From positions 256,001-320,000 of the forward strand of contig CAVRZA010000011.1 in NCBI GenBank assembly GCA_963725665.1: a stretch of DNA of 64,000 bases. The letters are read 5' to 3'. Under the pieces are notes generated by a model. That model was not told where the DNA came from. It did no database searches and saw only the letters and a list, made by a program, of their open reading frames with translations. Within the stretch, counting starts at the first letter, position 1. Every line of letters begins with the position of its first letter. Origin of the DNA: an uncultured Actinomycetes bacterium. GTDB lineage: Bacteria; Actinomycetota; Thermoleophilia; UBA2241. This document shows positions 29,086-38,005 of this stretch, in pieces. Made by a program: the position numbers and the translations under genes.

Positions 29086-29994
29086 TCACTGCCCCGTGAG
29101 CTGCGCGATGGCCTCCTCGAACTCGGGCACGCCGCTGGCGGGCGGCTGCGACGCGTCGAGGCCGTACCACTCCTTCGTCATCGCGGTCAGCGACCCGTCC
29201 GCGCGCATCTTCTTCACAGCGTAGTTGAGAAGCGCGAGGAGATCGGCCTCGCCCTTGCGGGTCGCGAAGCACATCGCCTCGTAGTAGAAGGCCTGACCGG
29301 AGAGCTGCACAGGCTTGCCGCTCGCGATCGCCCGCTGCGCTGTGAGATCAGCGGTCATGACGCCATCGACGCGACCCGAGACGAGGGCGTGCAGGGCGCC
29401 GGCAGAGGTGTCGTAGGTCGCGATCTGCACCCCGCCCACCGCCTGCAGGAAGGTCTGGTAGGTCGTGGCCGCGCCCACGCCGATGCGCGCGCCTTTCAGC
29501 GCAGCGACGGTAGTGATAGCGGCAGAGCCCTGGCTCACGACGACCTGGCCCTGCGCGTAGTAGTAGGGGTCGGCCATGGCCACCTGCTTCAGATTGTCGG
29601 CCGTGCGTGTCATCGAGCCGATCGAGACGTCGAAGCTGCCACCCTTGAGACCCGCGGGCACGCCGGCCCAAGCCGGGTGGACGAACTTGAGCTGCACGCC
29701 CAGCAGCTCGGCGACCTTCTCGGCCACATCGACGTCGAAGCCGATGAGCTTACCGTCCTCTTCGTAGCTCTGCGGCGGATAATCGGCATCGTTGGCGACG
29801 ACGATCTGCCCGGTCCGCGCGATCTTCGCCGCCGCCCCCCTCGGCGCGTGGCCGAGGATCTGCTCGACGGTGCTGCCCTCTGCCTTGGGCGAGCTGCTCG
29901 TGCCCGGGATCAAGCTGCACGCCGCCAGCGCCACGGCGGACCCTACGACGCCGGCCAGCACGGCCACCGCCATGAACGCCCTACTCTTCTTCAT
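29086..29994 (-). CDS. Polar amino-acid ABC transporter substrate-binding lipoprotein
   Basis: Signal peptide with LAAC lipobox, DYPPQSY, GFDVDVA, SBP family 3 pattern. Confidence 0.88.
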   Translation of the reverse strand: MKKSRAFMAVAVLAGVVGSAVALAACSLIPGTSSSPKAEGSTVEQILGHAPRGAAAKIARTGQIVVANDADYPPQSYEEDGKLIGFDVDVAEKVAELLGVQLKFVHPAWAGVPAGLKGGSFDVSIGSMTRTADNLKQVAMADPYYYAQGQVVVSQGSAAITTVAALKGARIGVGAATTYQTFLQAVGGVQIATYDTSAGALHALVSGRVDGVMTADLTAQRAIASGKPVQLSGQAFYYEAMCFATRKGEADLLALLNYAVKKMRADGSLTAMTKEWYGLDASQPPASGVPEFEEAIAQLTGQ

Positions 29995-30203
29995 GATCCT
30001 TTGCTTTCGTTGCGATGCCTCCACCCGGTCCGCGCGGCGAGGACTGCCGGTGATGAACCCCCCCAGACTCCACTGAGTCGATGTCGCGTCCGCTCGTTAG
30101 ACGCAGCCAACGCGTGTCATCATGCGGGACTCTTACACCCACAGATCGATGTGACAAGCAGGGCGGCACCCCTTCGCCAGCGCACGAAGATGCGAAAGTC
30201 CCG

Positions 30204-31559
30204 CTATGCCACACCTTCGACCAAGCGTCTCAGCTCCTCGTCGAGCGCTTCGTCGAGCCGCGGCGGCAGGTGCGTGGCAAGGAGGTCGCGGACCCATTCC
30301 TCCGGTCCCTTCGACCCTTCGGCGCGCCCGGCCGCGCCCTCCCCGAAGTCTCGCGCGTAGACCACGAGGCGCGGCGCGACTGACGGACGATCGGTCGCGC
30401 CGGAGACCAAGGCGCGCGCCAGGCCGGCGATCTCGGCGCCGAGCAGCATCTCGGAGTATGAGAAGACACGGCCGCCGGCCACCATGCCGACCCCGGTGAG
30501 CATGTCGACGCCGGCCATCATCGAGACGAAGGTCGTGGTCACATCCTCCATGGCGGTCTGCCACCCCGGCTCCTTGGCTCCTGAGGCGTTGACGCCGCAC
30601 TGCGTGGGCAGCCCGTAGAACTCACCGATGTCGGCGGCGGCGGCGCCCATCAGGGTGTCCTCAGGGGCGCCGCCGGTAAAGTCGCCGGTCTTCAGGTCCA
30701 TGATGCTCGGGATCAGACAGATGAAGACGGGACACCCCGGGTGCGCCGCCTGCACCACGGCCACGCCGGCGAGGGCCTCGGCGATGCCGACGACGAGCGA
30801 ACCCGCCATCGTGATCGGCGTCGTCGAACCCCCCATCGGCATGGTGACGAAGCCGACGGGGATACCGGCGGCGGCGAAGACAAGCGCCGCCTCGAGAGTG
30901 CCTTCGTCGTTGCCCAGTGGCGTGACCGTGCCCAACAAGGCCGAGATTGGCGGGTGCTCGCGCGCCTCGCGCTCGCCGCCCACCACGACGCGGGCGATCT
31001 CGACCGCCGCGCGCGCCTGGACCAGGTCCACGACGGTCACCGTCTGCACGTGCTTGCCGGTGTTCGCCAGGGCCAGGTAGAGCTCGTCTAAGCCGCGGCG
31101 CTCGACCGGCCGATCCTGGGCGCTCACCGCCGGCCAGCAGAAGTCGACCTCATCGAGCGCGTCGGCGAGGCGGGCGATGGCCGCCACGTCGGCCGCGGCC
31201 GTCGCCCGCCTCACGCCGCTCTCGAGGTCGTAGATCTCGCTAGGGCAGCCGTCGGTCGTGACGAGCGCACCCCCGGCGGTCGACAGGTGGCGGCCGGAAC
31301 GCGCGCCGAGGGTAAGGTGACGGGGCGCCCGCCCCACGAGCTCGCGCGTCAGTTCCGGCGGGAAGAGGACCCGCTCGCCGTCGACGCGCGCCCCGGCCGC
31401 CGCCACCGCCTCACGGGCGCGTGCCGAAGGGACGGCGATGCCGGTCGTCGAGAGGACCTCGAGGGCGGCCGCATCGAGCTGCTCGAGGTCTGGCCGCGCC
31501 AGGATGTGCAGACGTCGGAGCCGCACGTCACCGAAAGGGCGCGGTGGTCTCGCGGTCAC
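30204..31559 (-). CDS. MttB/MtgB-family methyltransferase paralogue, pyrrolysine-free, shortened C-terminus
   Basis: ALEVL..TGI, NTGKH, TTPITMAG, MDLKTGDF.GGAPE, AKEPGWQ. Confidence 0.85.
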   Translation of the reverse strand: MTARPPRPFGDVRLRRLHILARPDLEQLDAAALEVLSTTGIAVPSARAREAVAAAGARVDGERVLFPPELTRELVGRAPRHLTLGARSGRHLSTAGGALVTTDGCPSEIYDLESGVRRATAAADVAAIARLADALDEVDFCWPAVSAQDRPVERRGLDELYLALANTGKHVQTVTVVDLVQARAAVEIARVVVGGEREAREHPPISALLGTVTPLGNDEGTLEAALVFAAAGIPVGFVTMPMGGSTTPITMAGSLVVGIAEALAGVAVVQAAHPGCPVFICLIPSIMDLKTGDFTGGAPEDTLMGAAAADIGEFYGLPTQCGVNASGAKEPGWQTAMEDVTTTFVSMMAGVDMLTGVGMVAGGRVFSYSEMLLGAEIAGLARALVSGATDRPSVAPRLVVYARDFGEGAAGRAEGSKGPEEWVRDLLATHLPPRLDEALDEELRRLVEGVA

Positions 31560-31606
31560 TGTCCCGACGACGCAGCCGCACGCGGGCCGCGTGCGCGCCT
31601 CGACGC

Positions 31607-32167
31607 CTACGTGCCGGCGCGCCCGCGTGCGGGCGCGCCACGGCCTGTCCGACCCTCCGCTGGCTCGCCTTCGCCAGCCCCCCCGACCGCGGCCGGCTCC
31701 ACAGCCTGCGTGAGCGACGCGACCAGCGGCTGCGCGAGACGGAGCAGGTCCTCGCTGCGCATCTTGAGCATAGTGGTCGTCGTACCGCCGCCGCAGTAGA
31801 CGATGGGGCGCGTGAACACCTCGGGGTCGGCGAACGTCACGATCTCCACGGCGAGGCCGCACGGCGGCAGGGCGCCGGCCCTGAAGCCGGTGATCTGCAA
31901 CACCTCGAAGGGCCGGGCCAGGACCACATCGGAGCAGCCGCTCACGCTGCGGATGAGCTCCGGGCTCGCCTGGCGGTCGCCGGGGACGAGCACGAGCGCG
32001 GGCCTCGTGTCGAGGAAGAAGAGGAGGGTCTTGACGACCTCAACGAGTGGGACCCCGAGGAGATCTGCGGCGCGCTTGGCGGTGTCGGCCAGCGCCGGCA
32101 GATGGATGATCTCGTGCGCCACGCCCTCTTCGTGCAGGAAGTTGTGGACGTCGGTGCACGACCTCAT
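31607..32167 (-). CDS. YbaK/EbsC (aminoacyl-tRNA deacylase) family protein
   Basis: TA..AA.LLGV...VVKTL, LV.VPGD, TGFRAGALPP. Confidence 0.8.
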   Translation of the reverse strand: MRSCTDVHNFLHEEGVAHEIIHLPALADTAKRAADLLGVPLVEVVKTLLFFLDTRPALVLVPGDRQASPELIRSVSGCSDVVLARPFEVLQITGFRAGALPPCGLAVEIVTFADPEVFTRPIVYCGGGTTTTMLKMRSEDLLRLAQPLVASLTQAVEPAAVGGAGEGEPAEGRTGRGAPARGRAGT

Positions 32168-32303
32168 GGGCGTCGTTCCTACTCCTTGCGTGGGGGATTT
32201 GAGTCTACCACTCGGCGGCCGTTCGACCCACACGCACCCGTTGCCGCGGACCGCCGCGGCGGATGCGCTTGTACGGCCCCACCGGGCCGCCTACGATCAC
32301 TCT

Positions 32304-32996
32304 ATGAGCGCCCGCCCGCGCATCGGACACCGCACGCGGCTCGCCGCCGATCTCCTGCTCGTCGTCGGCGGCCTCGTTCTGGCCTTCCCCTTCTGGTCGG
32401 CCGCCTACGCGCGCTACCAGCAGGGACGCCTGGAGCGCACCTACGCGGCGCGCGCCGCCGCCTTCGACACGGCGGCGCGCGCCGCGTCGGCCGCGACCCA
32501 GGCGCAACGGGACCCGGAGGCGCGCATGCAGCGTCTGGCGAACCTCTACCGCCACCAGACGAAGCCGGGCGAGCCGATAGGGCGCCTGCTCATCCCCCGC
32601 CTCGGGATCAACGTGATCGTCACGCAAGGATCGACGGGGCGGGGCAGCCTCAACCCGCGCAGCGACGTGAATTATCTTCGCGGCGGGCCCGTGCACTACG
32701 GCGTGACGCCGCTGCCCGGGCAGGGGCAGCCCTTCGCCGTCGCCGGCCACCGCACGACCTACGGGGCGCCTTTCTACCGCCTCGATCGGCTGCGCCACGG
32801 CGACCAGATCGTCGTCATCATGCCGTACGGTCGCTTCACCTACCGCGTGACCAAGCTCACCCGGGTGCGCTCCTCTGACGTGACCGTGCTCGCCGACCGC
32901 GGCTACGGCCTCGTGCTGACGACCTGCGACCCGCCCTACAGCGCCGCCCGCCGCCTGATCGTCTGGGGAAGGTCGACCGGGTTCACGTTCAGGTAG
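32304..32996 (+). CDS. Sortase (class E/D-like)
   Basis: N-terminal TM, L.IPRLG, AGHRTTYGAPF, LTTC catalytic motif followed by R; TACGAT-N6-ATG leaderless start. Confidence 0.88.
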   Translation: MSARPRIGHRTRLAADLLLVVGGLVLAFPFWSAAYARYQQGRLERTYAARAAAFDTAARAASAATQAQRDPEARMQRLANLYRHQTKPGEPIGRLLIPRLGINVIVTQGSTGRGSLNPRSDVNYLRGGPVHYGVTPLPGQGQPFAVAGHRTTYGAPFYRLDRLRHGDQIVVIMPYGRFTYRVTKLTRVRSSDVTVLADRGYGLVLTTCDPPYSAARRLIVWGRSTGFTFR

Positions 32997-33011
32997 GGGC
33001 GCCCTCCCCCG

Positions 33012-34238
33012 TCAGTCGGGGTACGGCGGGCGCTGCGCGCTCGAACCAGCCAGCAGCATCACCGTGAACGGCGTGCCCGCCGGGCCGCCGCTGAAGCCGG
33101 ACGGCACGAAGCAGAGCCCGTTGGCGAGGGCCATCGAGCGCAGGATCCCCGACCCCTGGGGCCCGGTGGTGGAGAAGGTCCAGGCGCCGTCGCGCACCTC
33201 GACGCGGCAGCGGCGCGCCTCCACGCGGCCCTTCGCTGGGGCCACAGGCTCCTCCGAGAGGGCGGTGCAATGGAGGCGGTAGATCTCCGCTCTCCCCTGC
33301 ATCGCGAGCAGCGCCGGGCGGACGTAGAGCTCGAAGCAAACCATCGCGGCCACGGGGTTGCCCGGCACGCCGAAGACGAGGGTCGCACCTTTCGTCCCGA
33401 ACGAGATCGGCTTGCCCGGCTTGACGCGCACGCCCCAGAAGCCGCGCTCCACGCCGAGCTCGTCCTGCACCTCCTTGACGAAGTCGAACTCGCCCACCGA
33501 GACGCCGCCCGACGTGATGGCTACGTCCTCCTCGAGCGCGCGGGCGACGAGGCGGCGCGTCTCCTCACGGTGGTCGCGCGCGATCCCCAGCAGCACCGGC
33601 TCGCCGCCGGCCCGCAGCACCTGGCCGTAGGCGGTGTAGGAGTTGGAGTTGCGGATCTGCCCCGGACCAACGGGCTCCCCGGGAGGGACCAGCTCGCTGC
33701 CGGTGGCGAGGATGGCCACGCGCGGGCGCCGCGCCACGCGCACGCGGTCGCAGCCCAGCGAGGCCAGCAGGCCTATCTCGGCCGGCCCCAGGCCCTGACC
33801 GTGCGCGAACACCGTCTCGCCGCGGCGCAGGTCCTCGCCGGCCGCGCGCACGTTGGCGGCGGGCGCGACCGTGTCGCGCAGCGACACGGTCGCGCCCGCC
33901 GCCTCCGTCAACTCCACCTGCACCACCGTGTCGGAGCCCTCGGGCAGCGGCGCCCCGGTCATGATCTTGGCCGCCTGCCCCGGCGCCAGACGCACCTGCG
34001 AGACGTAGCCCGCCGGCACCTCGTCGACGAGGATGAACTCGCGCACGCCGGCGCGCAGGTCCTCGCCGCGCACGGCGAACCCGTCCATCGCGGAGTTCGC
34101 AAACGGCGGCACGTCCTCGCGCGCGACGATCTTTTCGGCCAGCGTCCGGCCCAGGGCAGCGAGCAGGTCGACCTCCTCGTCGCCCACCGGCCGCACCGCC
34201 GCCAGCACTCGTCCTACCGCCTCATCGATGCCGATCAC
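33012..34238 (-). CDS. moeA: Molybdopterin molybdenumtransferase
   Basis: PPFANSAMDGFA, IMTGAP, TGSEL, SGGVSVG, KPGKP, PGNPV. Confidence 0.93.
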   Translation of the reverse strand: MIGIDEAVGRVLAAVRPVGDEEVDLLAALGRTLAEKIVAREDVPPFANSAMDGFAVRGEDLRAGVREFILVDEVPAGYVSQVRLAPGQAAKIMTGAPLPEGSDTVVQVELTEAAGATVSLRDTVAPAANVRAAGEDLRRGETVFAHGQGLGPAEIGLLASLGCDRVRVARRPRVAILATGSELVPPGEPVGPGQIRNSNSYTAYGQVLRAGGEPVLLGIARDHREETRRLVARALEEDVAITSGGVSVGEFDFVKEVQDELGVERGFWGVRVKPGKPISFGTKGATLVFGVPGNPVAAMVCFELYVRPALLAMQGRAEIYRLHCTALSEEPVAPAKGRVEARRCRVEVRDGAWTFSTTGPQGSGILRSMALANGLCFVPSGFSGGPAGTPFTVMLLAGSSAQRPPYPD

Positions 34239-34301
34239 GCTGTCCTCTCTTTCTCCATCCGGGGCGCGCAACGCGCAGTCTCGCCTGCTTACGCGCATTC
34301 G

Positions 34302-34329
34302 TAAAGCCCGCCTCAGCGCGCCCCGATAG
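34302..34329 (+). promoter_or_regulatory. Sigma28 (FliA/SigD/WhiG)-type promoter
   Basis: TAAA-N16-CCCGATAG versus consensus TAAA-N15/16-GCCGATA, ~20 nt upstream of an FlgM-like ORF. Confidence 0.6.
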
Positions 34330-34347
34330 TCATTCCCGGAGACCTTC

Positions 34348-34596
34348 GTGTTGAGCGAGCGAGACAACGATCAGGAGCCCGACCGCCGCGGCAGGGACGA
34401 AGAAGGCCCGCCGGAGCGGGCCCAGTCACCTCCGGTTGACCCGGCGACGGCGTACGCCTTGCGGCGCCAGAAGCGTATCCGGCGCCTCAAGGAGCTGGTC
34501 CAGGAGGCCGACTACGACGTGCCCGCCGACGAGGTGGCGGCGCGCATCATCCGCGACGCCCTCTTCGGCGCTCCTGACGCCGATGAGCCCAGCTGA
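34348..34596 (+). CDS. FlgM-like anti-sigma28 protein
   Basis: C-terminal RQKRIRRLKELVQEADYDVPADEVAARII matches the FlgM R.e+V..lK..I..G.Y.vd...iA..+l pattern; GGAGA SD. Confidence 0.6.
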   Translation: MLSERDNDQEPDRRGRDEEGPPERAQSPPVDPATAYALRRQKRIRRLKELVQEADYDVPADEVAARIIRDALFGAPDADEPS

Positions 34597-35002
34597 GGAG
34601 CAGCGCCACAGTCGCCACGCCGCAGACGTCGAGCGCGAAGTCGCGCAGGTCGGCAGACCGGTACGGCAAGGGGAACTGCACCGCCTCGATGAGCAGGCCG
34701 TAGCCCACGCCCGCCGCGACACCGACGAGGAGTCCCTCCGTCCAGCCGCGCCGCCGGCTCTGGCTCCAGGCCACGGCGACGAGCGCCGTGAAGATGCCGA
34801 ACTCGGCGAAGTGCCCCAGCCCCGCCATCCACGACCAGTCGTCGCTCTCGGCGAAGCCGAAGACCCACCCGACCGGCACGACCGAGACGATGAGCACGAT
34901 CGCCGCCCACAGGGCCCAGCCGTTGCGCACGATCCAGCGCGCGGGACGATCGACTGCGGGCTCGAGCTCGCGCCGGCTGGCGTGCGACGAGAGGCCGACC
35001 AC
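34547..35002 (-). CDS. VanZ-like membrane protein
   Basis: GHFAEFG, YGLLIEAVQ...PYRSADLRD. Confidence 0.75.
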   Translation of the reverse strand: MVGLSSHASRRELEPAVDRPARWIVRNGWALWAAIVLIVSVVPVGWVFGFAESDDWSWMAGLGHFAEFGIFTALVAVAWSQSRRRGWTEGLLVGVAAGVGYGLLIEAVQFPLPYRSADLRDFALDVCGVATVALLLSWAHRRQERRRGRRG

Positions 35003-35761
35003 CTAGGCGTCCCCGGCTGGACCGGCGAAAGCTTCGTCGGAGGCGAAGACGACAACGAGGACCTCTCCCTCGAGCGCGTCGACCCGGGCGCCGGCCTGCC
35101 GCACCGCGTTGCTCACGCCGAGGCAGACGTCTGCCCGCAACACGCCCTCCGTGAGCGGATACTCCAGACCCGTCAGGGTCACCACAGCGGTGTCACTCAG
35201 ACACAGGAGCGAGACGCGCGTGCCCACCGGCGACGACAGCGCGATCCGCGCCGGGGCGCACAGCGCGGCGACCGAGAGGGAGGGGGCGAGGAGCCGTGCT
35301 GCGGCGCCTCGCCGGGCGAGGAGCCGCAGCACGGCCACGTTGCCCAGCTCGTGGTCGAGGGCGCCGCCCGACGCGCCCATGAGGTCGATCGCGGCGCAGC
35401 CGCGCGCCAGCGCCAGGGCGACCGCGGCCTCGGCGTCGGTCTCGTCCTTGCGCACCGGCAGCCTCACGATCTCGACGCCCTCCGCTGCGGCGGCTGCCAG
35501 GGCCTCGCCGGGGAGCGAGTCGAAGTCGCCGACGAGCACCTCCGGCCGCAGGTCCAGAGCGCGCAGGGCCGCGTAGCCGCCGTCGGCGGCGATGCGCAGG
35601 TCGGCCACGGCGAAGCGCCTCGTGTAGAACTCATCGTGACCCGCCGGGTAGTCCCCGTTGAGGAAGACCGCGGCGCGGCACTTCTTCAGGGGGGCACCCC
35701 GTCCGCGTTCGTCGGCGCCGGCGGGCTCACCCGCCGGCGCCGCCCCCGCATCGCCCCTCAC
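35003..35761 (-). CDS. thiN: Thiamine diphosphokinase
   Basis: IAADGG, VGDFDS, KDETD, GG.LDH.LGN, GLEYPL, GVSN; GTGA overlap with the thiT stop. Confidence 0.88.
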   Translation of the reverse strand: MRGDAGAAPAGEPAGADERGRGAPLKKCRAAVFLNGDYPAGHDEFYTRRFAVADLRIAADGGYAALRALDLRPEVLVGDFDSLPGEALAAAAAEGVEIVRLPVRKDETDAEAAVALALARGCAAIDLMGASGGALDHELGNVAVLRLLARRGAAARLLAPSLSVAALCAPARIALSSPVGTRVSLLCLSDTAVVTLTGLEYPLTEGVLRADVCLGVSNAVRQAGARVDALEGEVLVVVFASDEAFAGPAGDA

Positions 35762-36439
35762 CACGCCCCGCCGGCGATGTGGGGCGTCCCGAAGGCGGCG
35801 TCGTATGCCTTGAGCAAGGGCCAGAGCACGATCGCCGTGACGATCGCCTCGGGCACGAGATACAGGAGGTTGTAGGTGATCGAGTACAGCCACGGAGCCT
35901 CCCACGACGGCGCGTACGAGGCGAAGTAGATGAGGCCCGAGAGGAAGTGGAAGAAGAACCGCGCACCGGTCCCGAGCAGCACCGCCGGCACGAGGGACAC
36001 GATGGCTCGAGCCGCACCGTCGAACCAGCTCCTGCGGTTTCCCGGCCTCCTCCGTCGCGACGTCGGTCCTCACCGGTACGAGACCCGCGAGGCCGACCGC
36101 GGCGAACGCCAGCGGGTAGTCCAAGAGCGCCTGCAGCGGGTGGTAGACGAAGGCGCCAGGGAGCACGAGCTGCACGACGCCGTAGACGGCCCCCGTCGCC
36201 ACCCCGGGGCCAAGGCCGCGCCGAATGGCCACAAAGAGGATGGGGAGCATCTCGAGGCTCACCGACCCGCCCTGCGGCATCGTCCACACACGCACGAGGC
36301 CGAGCACCGCAGCGAGGGCCACGGCGACGCCCATCTCAGCGATGGCGGGGACGCCCCAGGAGCGCGGGTCGATGTTGAGCCGCGCGCGCATGCGCACGCC
36401 GATAGGCGCTCGGGGGGCTGGCACGGACGACGATGTCAC
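35758..36439 (-). CDS. thiT: ECF thiamine transporter S-component ThiT; frameshift near 36040
   Basis: MPQGGSV, HPLQALLDYPLAF, then RFFFHFLSG..YF, YSITYN in the next frame; joined by removing one base in GCCGGGAAAC. Confidence 0.85.
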
Positions 36440-36445
36440 GGCGAT

Positions 36446-36570
36446 CTCCCTTCGCTGGCATTACCCAGCGGCGTCGCGGGCGGCGCCGCCACCCTCAAGG
36501 TGGTCAGGTACTGCGCGTCGGCGCTAGGAAGCGCCCTCTCAGCCCCTCTCCACAGGAGCTCCGCAGGTAC
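36446..36570 (-). ncRNA. TPP riboswitch (with J4/5 insertion)
   Basis: Minus strand: GCGGAG...GCTGAGAGG...CGAC..GTACCTGA-[35 nt]-CTGGGTAATGCCAGCGAAGGGA immediately 5' of thiT. Confidence 0.85.
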
Positions 36571-36589
36571 TCGGATTCTACCCTCCCCG

Positions 36590-36980
36590 CGGCGCTCCAC
36601 AACGTGTCGCGTTTCAGCTCCCGCCGATGACCCCCCGAGACGCCTGTGGAAACTGTGGACAATCGCCGTTTGCGGTGCTGACCAGGCTCGCGGCCACAGT
36701 GGATAACGCATTGACGGCGACCGATGTTGCGCGCCGTCTCGTGCGGCGCGGCACAATCCCTCAGAATTCGCGCTGTGCAGGCATCTTCGTCTGCAAGAAG
36801 GTCCTTGACAAACCCCGCCGCCGGACCTTCGAGCTCCGTCGCCGAGCGCCGCGGGCTGGTCGTCGCCACACAAGACGCGGCGAAAGCCCTCTATCCACAA
36901 GGGCTGCATCTGACGCTCCTCGGGCGTCGCACGGCGCGAGGCTTCTCCACAGATGTTGAAGACCCTGTGGATAACCCCGC
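36590..36980. promoter_or_regulatory. oriC DnaA-box cluster (upstream subregion)
   Basis: TGTGGAAAC 36645, TGTGGACAA 36654, AGTGGATAA 36698, CTATCCACA 36891, TTCTCCACA 36943, perfect TGTGGATAA 36966. Confidence 0.85.
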
Positions 36981-37064
36981 CCTTTCACCTGCTCAGCCGC
37001 TTTTCGCAGGGGACCTCGGAACGCGCCGGCGAGGAGCGGGGCGTCTGCTATACTGCTTGCCCCC

Positions 37065-37950
37065 ATGGAGTCCTTCCTCGACAGGCTGCTGGCCCAGCCG
37101 GCGGGTGATGTCGCCGCCCCCGCGACGGCGCCCGAGGTGACCGGAGAGCAGGCGGGGCCGGGCGACGACGACGAGAACGGGCGAGGTGGGCCGGCCGCCA
37201 CCGTGATGGCGGCGGGGCGGCCCGACCGGAGTCTTCCCCGGGGACCGGCGGCTCCGCGCATCGCCGTCTACGACACTCTCACCAGCCCGCCGCGCGTGAT
37301 CAGCGTCGAGGAGGGCGATCTGCCGGCGCTCATCGCCTCCCTGGCCGAGAAGACGTACCACTACTGCCGCGAACAGGGCGGCCATGTCCCCTACACGGTC
37401 ATCGGCGAGCTGATCGAGAACCTCATCCACGCCTACTTCCGCGACGTCGTCATCACCATCCTCGACGGCGGCCAGGTCATCCGCATCTCCGATCACGGCC
37501 CGGGCGTGAGCGACGCCGAGCGCGCCTTCCTGCCCGGCTTCACCACGGCCACGGCCGAGCAGCGCGCCTTCATCAAGGGCGTCGGCTCGGGGCTGCCCAT
37601 CGCGCGTGAGTCGCTGAGCTTCCTGCGCGGCGTCATCAGCGTCGAGGAGAACCTGGGCGGCGGCGCCGTGTTCACGATCAACCTGCCGCACGGCGCCGGC
37701 GCCCCGGCGCCGGCGCCGCCCGGCGCAGCCCGAGGTCAAGCTGACGAACCGGCAGACGAAGGTGCTGGTGCTGCTCATGGAGCTCGGCTCGGCTGGCCCC
37801 TCGGCCATCGCCCGGGAGCTCGGTGTCGCGCCCGCGACCGCGTTCCGCGACCTCGGTTTACTGGAGGAGAAGCGGTTGATATATTCCCTCGGCGACGGGA
37901 AGCGAGCCCTGACCGAGGACGGGATAGACCTCCTCGACAGCATCATCTAG
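37065..37950 (+). CDS. GHKL/HATPase_c ATP-binding protein with C-terminal winged HTH; frameshift near 37720
   Basis: ELIENLIHA (N box), DHGPG (G1), PGFTT (F), GVGSGLP (G2), GGGAVF (G3); removing one C in CCGCCCGG joins the wHTH LTNRQTKVL...IARELGV..ATAFRDL. Confidence 0.75.
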
Positions 37951-38005
37951 ACGTCCCCCCGGCAGCGATCGCCGCGTCGTCCCACGAGCGAGCCGGAAGA
38001 CCGCA

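Noticed and set aside
35003-36439. Apparent ThiT-ThiN fusion ORF (478 aa)
   Set aside because: Produced by the frameshift near 36040; the ThiT C-terminus is in another frame with its own stop at 35758.
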